A stretch of 32,000 nt of DNA from contig NC_003272.1 in the NCBI RefSeq assembly GCF_000009705.1, positions 600,001 through 632,000 of the forward strand. The letters are read 5' to 3'. The position numbers and the translations under genes were made by a program. The notes beneath the pieces are model-generated. The model saw only the letters and a program-made list of their open reading frames with translations. It was not told the DNA's origin and did no database searches. This document shows positions 17,607 to 26,547 of the stretch, piece by piece. Numbering within the stretch: the stretch's first letter is position 1; each line of letters opens with the position of its first letter. The stretch comes from Nostoc sp. PCC 7120 = FACHB-418. Lineage in GTDB: Bacteria > Cyanobacteriota > Cyanobacteriia > Cyanobacteriales > Nostocaceae.

Positions 17607-18443
17607 ATGAGTAGTTCAGTCGCAGAAAGGCTAGCAATTAGAGATGCCATCGGCAATAAAGTTGAACTGCGCCAAAATTGGAGCGAAGATGATTTACAAA
17701 AAGTATTCCGGGCTGCTTATGAACAAATATTTGGACGGCAAGGAATATATGCTAGCCAAAAATTTACGAGTGCGGAAGCTTTGTTAAGAAATGGCAAAAT
17801 CAGTGTGCGGCAATTTGTAGAGATTTTAGCCAAATCTGAATTTTACAAAGAATGCTTTTTTTATAAAAACTCTCAAGTGCGTTTGATTGAATTAAACTAT
17901 AAGCACTTACTGGGACGCGCACCGTACGATCAATCAGAGATTGCTGATCATGTAGACATTTATGCTGCTCGTGGCTACGATGCTGACATTGATGCTTACA
18001 TTTACAGTTCAGAATACGAAAATGCTTTTGGTAATTCTATTGTTCCTTATTACCGAGGATTCCAATCAATCCCTGGAATGAAAACAGTAGGATTTAATCG
18101 TATATGTGAGCTTTATCGTGGTCGGGGTAATAGCGATAACGCACAAATGGGACGGACAAATTCTCGTTTACGAACAAAAGTTTCCCTGAATTTGCCTAAT
18201 GGAATTTTGCCACCAACTTCCGCCGGGACAAACTTTGTTTCCGCAGCACCGACGTTAATCAGTTCTGCGACGAAGGGTGATAATCGGATGTTTGTGATTG
18301 AAGCGATCGCCGGTGGATTGAATACAAACGTAGCAGTCCGTCGCAGCCGCCAGGTTTACACCGTTTCCTATGAAAGACTCTCCGCCACTTACCAAGAAAT
18401 TCATAAGCGTGGTGGAAAGATAGTCAAGATTTCCCAAGTGTAG
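17607..18443 (+). CDS. pecC: Phycoerythrocyanin-associated rod linker polypeptide
   Basis: PBS-linker domain ([24 protein letters not shown]) plus a C-terminal CpcD-like domain (MFVIEAI...[23 protein letters not shown]). Confidence 0.9.
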
Positions 18444-18454
18444 AAATGGTTGCT

Positions 18455-18487
18455 AGATACCCAACTTCTTGAAGAAGTGGGGTATCT
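18455..18487 (+). promoter_or_regulatory. Strong hairpin in the pecC-pecE spacer
   Basis: agatacccaacttctt (18455-18470) pairs with aagaagtggggtatct (18472-18487): 16 positions with one mismatch, nearly palindromic. It lies 12 nt after the pecC stop. Confidence 0.45.
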
Positions 18488-18518
18488 GAGTAAATTTTGA
18501 ATTTCGGAGCAAAGCAAC

Positions 18519-19280
18519 GTGACTGCTGAACCAATTCTTTCTCCAGAAACAGCGATCGCAGCTTTATCTGGTGAGGATAACCAAATTCGTTATTATGCTG
18601 CTTGGTGGTTGGGTAAACATAACGTACAGGCTGGTTTTACGGCGCTATGTGTAGCCTTATTTGATGAACGCTATCGCATCCCATCAGGAGGGTATCCTCT
18701 GCGTCGTCAGGCTGCACGGGCTTTAGGATTGTTGAAAAATCCCCAAGCTGTACCAGCCTTAATTGCAGCATTGGAATGTGATGAGGATTTGCGTCTGAGG
18801 GAAGCAGTAATTTGCTCTTTAGCGGCGATCGGTGACAAACGTGCTGTGACTCCTTTACTCAATCTTTTGCAATCAAGTCAAGCACAACCTTATGAAGCTT
18901 TAATCGAAGCTTTAGCTACTCTACAAGTTTGGTCAGCCCGTCCACAAATTGAACCTTTTCTTCAGCATTATTCTGAGCGTGTGCAATGTGCAGCCGCTAG
19001 ATATATGTATCTTCTCACCCAAGAATCTGAATACATTGAACGTATTGTCAAAAATCTCAATCATGACAATATGTATTTACGTTGGGCGGCGGTATTTGAT
19101 TTGGGTGCAGTTGCTCATCAACAAGCCGTACAGGCAATCTTAACGGCTCAGGTTCCTAATAGCTTAAAGCTCTTAAATTTAAAGCGTATTCTTGAAGCTA
19201 TGTTGAATAATAATAGTGTTAATCATGAAAAAGCAGCTTTATTATTTGGAGCAATTGATGATTTATTAATTCAACTTTAA
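18519..19280 (+). CDS. pecE: Phycoviolobilin lyase-isomerase subunit PecE (HEAT-repeat PBS lyase)
   Basis: GTG start at 18519 with GGAG 9 nt upstream. The motifs [11 protein letters not shown] and [14 protein letters not shown] are shared with the CpcE paralog at 23306. Confidence 0.85.
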   Translation: MTAEPILSPETAIAALSGEDNQIRYYAAWWLGKHNVQAGFTALCVALFDERYRIPSGGYPLRRQAARALGLLKNPQAVPALIAALECDEDLRLREAVICSLAAIGDKRAVTPLLNLLQSSQAQPYEALIEALATLQVWSARPQIEPFLQHYSERVQCAAARYMYLLTQESEYIERIVKNLNHDNMYLRWAAVFDLGAVAHQQAVQAILTAQVPNSLKLLNLKRILEAMLNNNSVNHEKAALLFGAIDDLLIQL

Positions 19281-19295
19281 AACTCATAACTGAAT

Positions 19296-19482
19296 ATTGG
19301 GGATTGGGGATTGGGGATTGGGGATTGGGGATTGGGGATTGGGGATTGGGGATTGGGGATTGGGGATTGGGGATTGGGGATTGGGGATTGGGGATTGGGG
19401 ATTGGGGATTGGGGATTGGGGATTGGGGATTGGGGATTGGGGATTGGGGATTGGGGATTGGGGATTGGGGATTGGGGATTGG
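19296..19482 (+). repeat. STRR1-type heptanucleotide tandem array, (ATTGGGG) x 26 perfect copies plus a 5-nt partial copy
   Basis: The 7-nt period is directly visible from 19296 to 19477 (182 nt, 26 units), followed by attgg. The reverse complement CCCCAAT is the STRR1 unit described for Anabaena/Calothrix. It fills the pecE-pecF spacer. Confidence 0.97.
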
Positions 19483-19560
19483 TTTGTTATTAATATCTCC
19501 AGTCCTTTTTGTGTTGAATTTAGGACTTACGCACTGAACCAAAAAAAACTTCTGAAGATG

Positions 19561-19585
19561 GTCAATAGTCAATAGTCCACAGTCC
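19561..19585 (+). repeat. Short heptamer repeat (GTCAATA GTCAATA GTCCACA GTCC)
   Basis: Visible 7-nt periodicity. atagtcaatagt (19565-19576) is also complementary to actattgactat (about 19602-19613), so the two can form a hairpin. Confidence 0.7.
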
Positions 19586-19695
19586 AAAAAACTTGATTTT
19601 AACTATTGACTATAAATGTTTGAAACCCCTACACCCGGTCTCAACAGAAAATCTGGGTGCGTAATTCGTAGCATTGTTTTATCCAGAAATAAATT

Positions 19696-20217
19696 ATGAA
19701 TCAAGCTTCATTGAGCGTAGACGCTATTACCAATTTAATCGAAGCATTTCATCATCACCATCCTGCTGTTAGAAGTGCGGCTGTAGATGAATTAATCAAA
19801 TTGGGAAGCATCACAGTTAATTTGTTAATTGCTGCTTATGATGATTCTCAAGATCAAGGTTTTCAAGCCCAGATCATTCAGGTTTTAGCTCAAATTGGTG
19901 ATGCAAAGGCACTAAAATTATTAGCCGAGGTGGTGGGGACAAGTGTAGCCAATCACTGTCAAGGTAATGTCCGCCGCATTGCTGCACGAGGGTTAGGAAA
20001 AATCGCCAGCACCACTAGTAATACAGAAATAATCAACAATGCTCAAGAAAAGTTAATTTGGGCATTACTTACCCCCGAAGATTGGGGTCTACGTTACGCT
20101 GCTGCTGTCTCTTTACAAGAAATTGCCACGCCAAAAGCTAAAGCTGCTTTACAACAAGCGATCGCCCAAGAAACCGATCCAGTTGTTCGCTCACGTATGG
20201 CGATCGCCTTGAGTTAG
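19696..20217 (+). CDS. pecF: Phycoviolobilin lyase-isomerase subunit PecF (HEAT-repeat PBS lyase)
   Basis: 173-aa HEAT-repeat protein (VRSAAVDELIKLG, RRIAARGLGKI, WGLRYAAAVSLQEI), paralogous to CpcF at 24239. It is the last gene of the pec block. Confidence 0.85.
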   Translation: MNQASLSVDAITNLIEAFHHHHPAVRSAAVDELIKLGSITVNLLIAAYDDSQDQGFQAQIIQVLAQIGDAKALKLLAEVVGTSVANHCQGNVRRIAARGLGKIASTTSNTEIINNAQEKLIWALLTPEDWGLRYAAAVSLQEIATPKAKAALQQAIAQETDPVVRSRMAIALS

Positions 20218-20817
20218 GGAACAGAGAGCAAGGGGGAGAAACTTAAAGATTTCCCCAATCCCAATTCCTCATCTCTCATCCCTGGAAATGTTGCGAAAGA
20301 TTAATTTTACGTTTATTCACAAAAACCATCCTGTGGAAAAAAATGGCGTAAAACAGCAATAGATTGTCACCACTAGGTTTTTGCAACTATTAAAAAATAA
20401 TTAAGACACCAATATTTTGCCTAAAATCACTAATTCATGAAGTTATGTTACGGGAGAACGGCGTTTTTCTCAGTTCTAGCCCTTGTATGTAAAGCATTTG
20501 AGGGGGTTCTTATTCATGCAACTTATTTATTCACAATTTGTAACAAAATAAGGATCTATAGCATTGTATAAACATAAGCTGGAGGGGTTAAACGACAGAC
20601 AAAAGTTAAACGAGGCAATCGATTCACAAAGTTTGCCTGCTTCTCATAAAATCACCCCAGTTTCTCATTTTTCTCATTCATGGAAGTGGCAAGAAATTTT
20701 GAGACTAACCTGAGAAGTAGTTTGATCCCTGGTCTGTTTACAACCGTTTCCAAGAAATAAAACATAGCCAGTTTTAATTCAGACATCTCTCAAACCAGAA
20801 TTAGGAGATTAAAGTCC

Positions 20818-21339
20818 ATGACATTAGACGTATTTACCAAGGTGGTTTCTCAAGCTGACTCCAGAGGCGAGTTCCTGAGCAACGAACAACTAGACGCATT
20901 GGCAAATGTTGTTAAAGAAGGCAACAAACGCTTGGATGTTGTTAACCGCATCACCAGCAACGCTTCTGCGATCGTTACCAACGCTGCTCGTGCGTTGTTT
21001 GAAGAACAACCCCAGTTGATTGCTCCTGGTGGTAACGCTTACACCAACCGTCGCATGGCTGCTTGTTTACGCGACATGGAAATCATCTTGCGTTACGTCA
21101 CCTACGCTATCCTCGCAGGCGATGCTAGCGTTCTAGACGATCGCTGCTTGAACGGCTTGCGCGAAACATACCAAGCTTTGGGAACTCCTGGTTCTTCCGT
21201 AGCTGTTGGCGTTCAAAAAATGAAAGATGCTGCTGTTGGCATCGCTAACGACCCCAACGGAATCACCAAAGGTGATTGCAGCCAATTGATCTCTGAAGTT
21301 GCTAGCTACTTTGATCGCGCTGCTGCTGCTGTTGGTTAA
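20818..21339 (+). CDS. cpcB: C-phycocyanin beta subunit
   Basis: The sequence [28 protein letters not shown]..., with Cys-82 context RRMAACLRD and Cys-153 context KGDCS, is canonical CpcB. Confidence 0.95.
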
Positions 21340-21428
21340 TTTTAACTAACAAGTCCAGCACCCACTGAAACCTAACTATCTTAGGTAACAGGTAAAAACT
21401 ACGAAATTACTAAGGAGAATTTTACATC

Positions 21429-21920
21429 ATGGTTAAAACCCCCATTACCGAAGCAATTGCAGCTGCTGACACCCAAGGTCGTTTCTTAGGCAACACCGAA
21501 CTCCAATCAGCTCGTGGTCGTTATGAGCGCGCTGCTGCTAGTTTAGAAGCTGCTCGTGGTTTGACTTCCAACGCTCAACGCTTGATCGATGGTGCAACCC
21601 AAGCTGTTTACCAAAAATTCCCTTACACAACCCAAACCCCCGGTCCTCAGTTCGCTGCTGACAGCCGTGGTAAATCCAAGTGCGCTCGTGACGTTGGTCA
21701 CTACCTACGCATCATCACCTATAGCTTAGTTGCTGGTGGTACTGGCCCCTTGGATGAATACCTAATTGCTGGTTTGGCTGAAATCAACAGCACCTTTGAC
21801 CTATCTCCTAGCTGGTATGTTGAAGCTCTAAAGCACATCAAAGCTAATCATGGTTTAAGTGGTCAAGCTGCTAACGAAGCTAACACCTACATCGACTACG
21901 CTATCAACGCTCTCAGCTAG
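21429..21920 (+). CDS. cpcA: C-phycocyanin alpha subunit
   Basis: The sequence [26 protein letters not shown]..., with Cys-84 context KSKCARD, is canonical CpcA. Confidence 0.95.
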
Positions 21921-21929
21921 ATAGCTTCC

Positions 21930-21994
21930 TGCCCGGAAAGGGGTGCAAGTGCTGGATGTAGTCATCATCTAGCAGTTGAATCTCGTTCCGGGCA
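21930..21994 (+). promoter_or_regulatory. Stem-loop after cpcA (candidate partial terminator or mRNA-stabilising structure)
   Basis: tgcccggaa (21930-21938) pairs with ttccgggca (21986-21994). An inner imperfect stem is ctggatg/catctag. The structure is followed by TAGTTTTATC. Confidence 0.45.
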
Positions 21995-22057
21995 TAGTTT
22001 TATCTAGGAATAGCTGTCGGTAGTTATAATCGGCAAAAAAAATAGGGGAAACTTAAA

Positions 22058-22918
22058 ATGGCAATTACAACAGCAGCATCTAGGCTGGGGACAGAGCCTT
22101 TTAGCGACGCACCTAAAGTAGAATTACGCCCCAAAGCTAGCAGAGAAGAAGTAGAATCAGTGATTCGCGCCGTTTATCGGCACGTTTTGGGCAATGATTA
22201 CATACTGGCATCAGAACGCCTTGTAAGTGCAGAGTCTCTATTGAGAGATGGCAATCTGACAGTGCGTGAATTTGTGCGTAGCGTTGCTAAATCAGAACTC
22301 TACAAAAAGAAATTTTTCTACAACAGCTTCCAAACTCGGCTAATCGAACTTAACTATAAACACCTGTTAGGTCGCGCGCCTTACGATGAGTCAGAAGTTG
22401 TTTACCACTTGGACTTGTACCAAAACAAAGGTTACGATGCCGAAATAGACTCCTATATAGATTCATGGGAGTATCAAAGCAATTTCGGTGATAACGTCGT
22501 TCCTTACTACCGTGGTTTTGAGACTCAAGTAGGACAAAAAACCGCAGGTTTCAACCGGATATTCCGTTTATACCGTGGTTATGCTAACAGCGATCGCGCT
22601 CAAGTAGAAGGTACAAAATCTCGATTGGCGCGGGAATTAGCTAGCAATAAAGCTTCTACAATTGTTGGGCCATCTGGAACTAATGATAGTTGGGGTTTCC
22701 GGGCTTCAGCAGATGTCGCTCCCAAGAAAAACTTGGGTAATGCCGTTGGTGAAGGCGATCGCGTCTATCGACTAGAAGTTACCGGAATCCGTAGCCCTGG
22801 CTACCCCAGTGTACGGCGGAGCAGCACGGTATTTATAGTACCTTACGAGCGGCTCTCTGACAAGATCCAGCAAGTTCACAAGCAAGGTGGCAAAATCGTT
22901 AGCGTCACCTCTGCGTAA
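22058..22918 (+). CDS. cpcC: Phycocyanin-associated rod linker CpcC
   Basis: PBS-linker domain ([24 protein letters not shown]) plus a C-terminal CpcD-like domain (VYRLEVTG...[23 protein letters not shown]). Confidence 0.92.
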
Positions 22919-22931
22919 GATAAGCGGATTT

Positions 22932-23004
22932 TGTCAGTGGTCAGTGGGTCATTAGTTAGTAGTCAGGATTCAAACAACTGACAACTAGCAACTGACAACT
23001 AACA
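22932..23004 (+). repeat. Degenerate STRR-type heptamer block arranged as an inverted pair (cpcC-cpcD spacer)
   Basis: The left half is tgtcagtggtcagtgggtcattagttagtagtcagg and the right half is caactgacaactagcaactgacaactaac. The halves have a 7-nt period and are roughly reverse-complementary. Confidence 0.8.
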
Positions 23005-23049
23005 CGCGACAGCGCTATAAAACTTACAACAATAGGAGATAGAGAAGTA

Positions 23050-23292
23050 ATGTTCGGTCAAACCACACTTGGGGCTGGTAGCGTTTCTTCTTCTGCTAGT
23101 CGAGTATTTCGCTACGAAGTCGTAGGCTTGCGGCAAAGCTCAGAAACAGACAAAAACAAATACAACATCCGGAATAGCGGTAGTGTGTTTATCACAGTAC
23201 CATACAGCCGGATGAACGAAGAATACCAACGGATTACCCGCTTGGGTGGCAAAATCGTCAAGATTGAGCAATTAGTTTCCGCAGAGGCATAA
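23050..23292 (+). CDS. cpcD: Small rod-capping linker CpcD
   Basis: 80-aa CpcD domain: VFRYEVVGL...VFITVPYSRMNEEYQRITRLGGKIVKI. Confidence 0.92.
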   Translation: MFGQTTLGAGSVSSSASRVFRYEVVGLRQSSETDKNKYNIRNSGSVFITVPYSRMNEEYQRITRLGGKIVKIEQLVSAEA

Positions 23293-23305
23293 TAGCGCCC
23301 TGGTA

Positions 23306-24136
23306 ATGATAGAACCCAGTGTGGAAGAATTTCCCGCAGAGAACGGGCCACAGCTAACACCAGAACTAGCCATAGCTAATCTGCAATCATCAGACTTAAG
23401 TCTCCGCTATTATGCTGCTTGGTGGTTAGGTAAGTATCGGGTGAAAGAAAGTGCTGCTGTTGATGCTTTAATTGCGGCGTTAGAGGATGAAGCCGATAGA
23501 ACTGAACTTGGTGGTTATCCTTTGCGGCGTAACGCAGCCAGAGCATTAGGGAAATTGGGCAATCGTAAAGCCGTGCCAGGCTTAATTAACTGCTTGGAGT
23601 GTCCTGACTTTTACGTGCGTGAAGCAGCAGCCCAATCGCTGGAAATGCTCAAAGACAAAACAGCAGCACCAGCACTCATCAAATTACTCGATGGGGGAGT
23701 CGCACAGGCCGTGCAAGTAACAGGGCGACCTCATTTAGTCCAACCCTACGAAGCAGTATTAGAAGCGTTAGGAGCTATTGGTGCTACTGATGCCATCCCT
23801 CTGATTCAGCCATTTCTAGAGCATCCAGTCTCACGAGTGCAGTGCGCCGCCGCTAGGGCAATGTACCAACTGACACAAGAACCAGTATATGGAGAGCTGC
23901 TGGTAAAAGTGTTAGCAGGTAACGACCTCAACCTACGACGCGTTGCTTTAGGTGACTTGGGTGCAATTGGGTACTTGGCAGCAGCAGAAGCGATCGCTAA
24001 CGCCAAAGCCGAAAACAGCTTCAAACTCATTGCCCTCAAAGGATTGCTAGAACATCAGATGTCAGCAGAGTCAAACGCCCTCTCAATATCTGATCAAGCT
24101 ATCCGGGTCATGAACCTTATGGATTCATTGTTGTAG
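23306..24136 (+). CDS. cpcE: Phycocyanobilin lyase subunit CpcE
   Basis: HEAT-repeat PBS lyase with [11 protein letters not shown] and GGYPLRRNAARALGKLG. It lies directly after cpcD. Confidence 0.9.
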   Translation: MIEPSVEEFPAENGPQLTPELAIANLQSSDLSLRYYAAWWLGKYRVKESAAVDALIAALEDEADRTELGGYPLRRNAARALGKLGNRKAVPGLINCLECPDFYVREAAAQSLEMLKDKTAAPALIKLLDGGVAQAVQVTGRPHLVQPYEAVLEALGAIGATDAIPLIQPFLEHPVSRVQCAAARAMYQLTQEPVYGELLVKVLAGNDLNLRRVALGDLGAIGYLAAAEAIANAKAENSFKLIALKGLLEHQMSAESNALSISDQAIRVMNLMDSLL

Positions 24137-24197
24137 TCAGTGGTCAGTAGTTAGTAGTCAGTAGCAACTGACAACTGACCACTGGCGACTGACTATT
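24135..24197 (+). repeat. STRR-type heptamer block with hairpin potential (cpcE-cpcF spacer)
   Basis: The sequence is agtcagtggtcagtagttagtagtcagtagcaactgacaactgaccactggcgactgac. cagtggtcag and ctgaccactg are exact reverse complements. Confidence 0.8.
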
Positions 24198-24212
24198 GAT
24201 TTGATTGTGTAC

Positions 24213-24232
24213 AGACGTTGTATACAACGTCT
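24213..24232. repeat. Perfect 20-bp palindrome AGACGTTGTATACAACGTCT, 6 nt upstream of the cpcF ATG
   Basis: Read directly from the sequence: agacgttgta followed by tacaacgtct. The confidence refers to the existence of the palindrome; its function is unknown. Confidence 0.9.
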
Positions 24233-24238
24233 CTACTA

Positions 24239-24841
24239 ATGACTAATGAACTAATTAATGGCGTTGCTCTGGCTGATACACCAGAGAAACTGGTAAAAGC
24301 AGTACAAGAATTGGCATTAGCCAAAGATGTAGCTGCAATTCCCACCCTAATAGCTGTGTTTGGTTATAACAACCCAACAGCAGCCGCAATTGCCTCTACT
24401 GCCTTAGTGCAGTTAGGAGAAGTAGCAGTTCCCCAGTTACTCACACAAATAGATGACTACAACTATGGCGCACGGGCTTATTCGATTCGCACTCTCGCGG
24501 CGATCGCTGACCCCCGTGCTTTAGATGTATTAATCGATGCTGCTGCTACAGACTTTGCTCCCAGTGTGCGCCGGGCTGCGGCTAAAGGATTAGGAAACTT
24601 ACATTGGCACAAGCTAGAGTTTCCTGACAACCAAACAGCACCAAAAAAAGCTTTGGAAACACTGCTGTTTATTTCTCAAGATGCAGAATGGTCGATTCGT
24701 TATGCAGCGATCGTCGGTCTGCAAGGTTTAGTAAACATACCCGATTTACAACAGCCCATCCATACTAGACTCAAAGAAATGCTGGCTAGTGATGCCGAAA
24801 AGGCAGTCCGCGCCCGCATTCTATTGGCTCAAAGTCAATAG
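24239..24841 (+). CDS. cpcF: Phycocyanobilin lyase subunit CpcF
   Basis: HEAT-repeat protein (VRRAAAKGLGNL, WSIRYAAIVGLQ). I prefer ATG 24239 (MTNELINGV...) over the tracked TTG at 24218, which lies inside the palindrome. Confidence 0.85.
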   Translation: MTNELINGVALADTPEKLVKAVQELALAKDVAAIPTLIAVFGYNNPTAAAIASTALVQLGEVAVPQLLTQIDDYNYGARAYSIRTLAAIADPRALDVLIDAAATDFAPSVRRAAAKGLGNLHWHKLEFPDNQTAPKKALETLLFISQDAEWSIRYAAIVGLQGLVNIPDLQQPIHTRLKEMLASDAEKAVRARILLAQSQ

Positions 24842-24878
24842 TTGAAATTGAGTTTCATAAGAAAAGGTGAAAGTAAAA

Positions 24879-25718
24879 ATGTCAATACCTCTGCTGGAAT
24901 ATGCACCTTCTTCACAAAACCAACGTGTAGAAGGTTACGAAGTACCAAACGAAGATACCCCAACTATTTATCGGTTAGCTGCGGCGATCGATGATGCCGA
25001 TGTTGATGCCATCATTTGGGCAGGATATCGGCAAATTTTCAGCGAACACCTGATTATTAAAAGCAATCGTCAATCCTTCTTAGAATCTCAACTCCGGAAC
25101 CGGGCAATCAACGTCCGCGATTTTATCCGGGGATTGGGTAAATCAGAAGTTTATCGTACCCAGGTAGCAGACCTCAATTCCAACTACCGTTTAGTTGACA
25201 TTACCTTAAAGCGGTTTTTGGGACGTGCCGCTTATAACCAAGATGAAGAAATCGCTTGGTCAATTGTCATTGGCAGCCAAGGTTTACATGGTTTTATTGA
25301 TGCTCTGTTAGACAGCGACGAGTATAGAGAAAACTTCGGTGATGACATCGTACCCTACCAACGCCGCCGCTATAAAGACAGACCCTTTAACCTAGTTAAC
25401 CCCCGATATAACGCATATTGGCGCGATCGCCAAACCCTCAACGCCCTGGGAGGACGTTCCTTCTACAGCGCCCGTACTTCTGGCACTTTAACAAAAGACG
25501 ATATCCGTCGCGCCATCCCCGCCAACTTCATGGCATTGGCAGGAAAAATCCTCACCCCAGAACGGAACTACCAGCGTACAATCGCTTCCGTAACTTCTCA
25601 AATTAAAGATATAAAAATTCCCGACACCAGCCGCGAAGTTACAACCCCGGAAGTCACTGTTAAACCCGTGGCCGTGGCTTTGCCATATCGTTATATTCCT
25701 GGTAACAAGACCACTTGA
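24879..25718 (+). CDS. cpcG1: Phycobilisome rod-core linker CpcG1
   Basis: [28 protein letters not shown]... with a PBS-linker domain ([32 protein letters not shown]). ATG 24879 has AAGGTG 9 nt upstream. The tracked GTG 24867 is the alternative start. Confidence 0.9.
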   Translation: MSIPLLEYAPSSQNQRVEGYEVPNEDTPTIYRLAAAIDDADVDAIIWAGYRQIFSEHLIIKSNRQSFLESQLRNRAINVRDFIRGLGKSEVYRTQVADLNSNYRLVDITLKRFLGRAAYNQDEEIAWSIVIGSQGLHGFIDALLDSDEYRENFGDDIVPYQRRRYKDRPFNLVNPRYNAYWRDRQTLNALGGRSFYSARTSGTLTKDDIRRAIPANFMALAGKILTPERNYQRTIASVTSQIKDIKIPDTSREVTTPEVTVKPVAVALPYRYIPGNKTT

Positions 25719-25721
25719 GGC

Positions 25722-25760
25722 GATAACTGTTGACTGACAACTGACAACTGACAACTAACC
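25722..25760 (+). repeat. STRR-type heptamer repeat (GACAACT-type, about 5 units) in the cpcG1-cpcG2 spacer
   Basis: The units read gataact gttgact gacaact gacaact gacaact aacc. Confidence 0.85.
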
Positions 25761-25765
25761 AAATT

Positions 25766-26509
25766 ATGTCAATCCCATTACTTGAATACAAACCCAGTTC
25801 TCAAAACCAGCGTGTTCCTGGGTACGAAGTTCCTAACGAAGATACCCCCAGAATTTACCGCATCGAAGATGCCGCCTACGATAGCGAACTCAAAGAACTG
25901 ATTTGGGCTACTTATCGCCAGGTATTTAGCGAACACGTCATTTTGAAGTTCTTCCGCCAAGGCAACCTAGAATCTCAACTGAAGAATCGGGCAATCAGCG
26001 TCCGTGACTTCGTGCGGGGTCTAGCAAAATCAGAGGCTTTTAAGACCTTAGTCATCAAGAGTAATTCTAATTACCGCCTTGTAGAATTGGCACTGAAACG
26101 CCTTTTGGGTCGTGCGCCTTATAATAAGGATGAAGAAATTGCATGGTCAATCAAGATAGCAACCAATGGTTGGGATGGCTTTGTTGATGCGCTGCTAGAT
26201 TCGGAAGAATATCAAAGCAACTTTGGTGAGAACATAGTCCCCTACCAACGGCGACGCTACAAAGATAGACCCTTCAATCTAGTCACCCCACGCTACGGCA
26301 ACTACTGGCGCGATAAGTTGGAAAGTGAGCGCTACATAGAAGGTGATATTAAGAATTTCTTGGAATTAGCTAAATCCATAGAAATTAAGACCGTCACCTT
26401 TACACCAGTCAGCACTGCCAATATTAAGATTCCCGATACAACTCGGAACACCACACCAACAGGGATTCCCATCTCCGTAAATCCTAGCGCCAATTTCCCC
26501 GTGCGGTAA
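25766..26509 (+). CDS. cpcG2: Phycobilisome rod-core linker CpcG2
   Basis: Paralog of CpcG1: [41 protein letters not shown]. Confidence 0.9.
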   Translation: MSIPLLEYKPSSQNQRVPGYEVPNEDTPRIYRIEDAAYDSELKELIWATYRQVFSEHVILKFFRQGNLESQLKNRAISVRDFVRGLAKSEAFKTLVIKSNSNYRLVELALKRLLGRAPYNKDEEIAWSIKIATNGWDGFVDALLDSEEYQSNFGENIVPYQRRRYKDRPFNLVTPRYGNYWRDKLESERYIEGDIKNFLELAKSIEIKTVTFTPVSTANIKIPDTTRNTTPTGIPISVNPSANFPVR

Positions 26510-26547
26510 GTTGCCGACCTACTTCTTTAAAACCGGAGATTTTCACA

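Noticed and set aside
19296-19482. Possible CRISPR array
   Set aside because: The repeat unit is 7 nt, strictly tandem and has no spacers. No cas genes are in the window.
19219-19587. ORFs of 60-122 aa on both strands with repeating peptides (PIPNPQS... and GIGDWGL...)
   Set aside because: They are translations of the 7-nt STRR1 array, which has a 21-nt period and is therefore open in all frames. They have no independent start context and no non-repeat coding sequence.
20252-20272. CCCCAAT-like fragments (ttccccaatcccaattcc) downstream of pecF, and gattgggga fragments at about 15541-15605
   Set aside because: These are only one or two degenerate STRR1 units. They are too short to call as arrays and are probably remnants.
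20322-20540. The repeated 11-mer TTTATTCACAA (about 20322 and about 20524) upstream of cpcB as a possible regulator site, and attempts to place the cpcB -35/-10 elements
   Set aside because: Two copies of an AT-rich 11-mer can arise by chance. I could not find a convincing -35/-10 pair with proper spacing, so no promoter is called.
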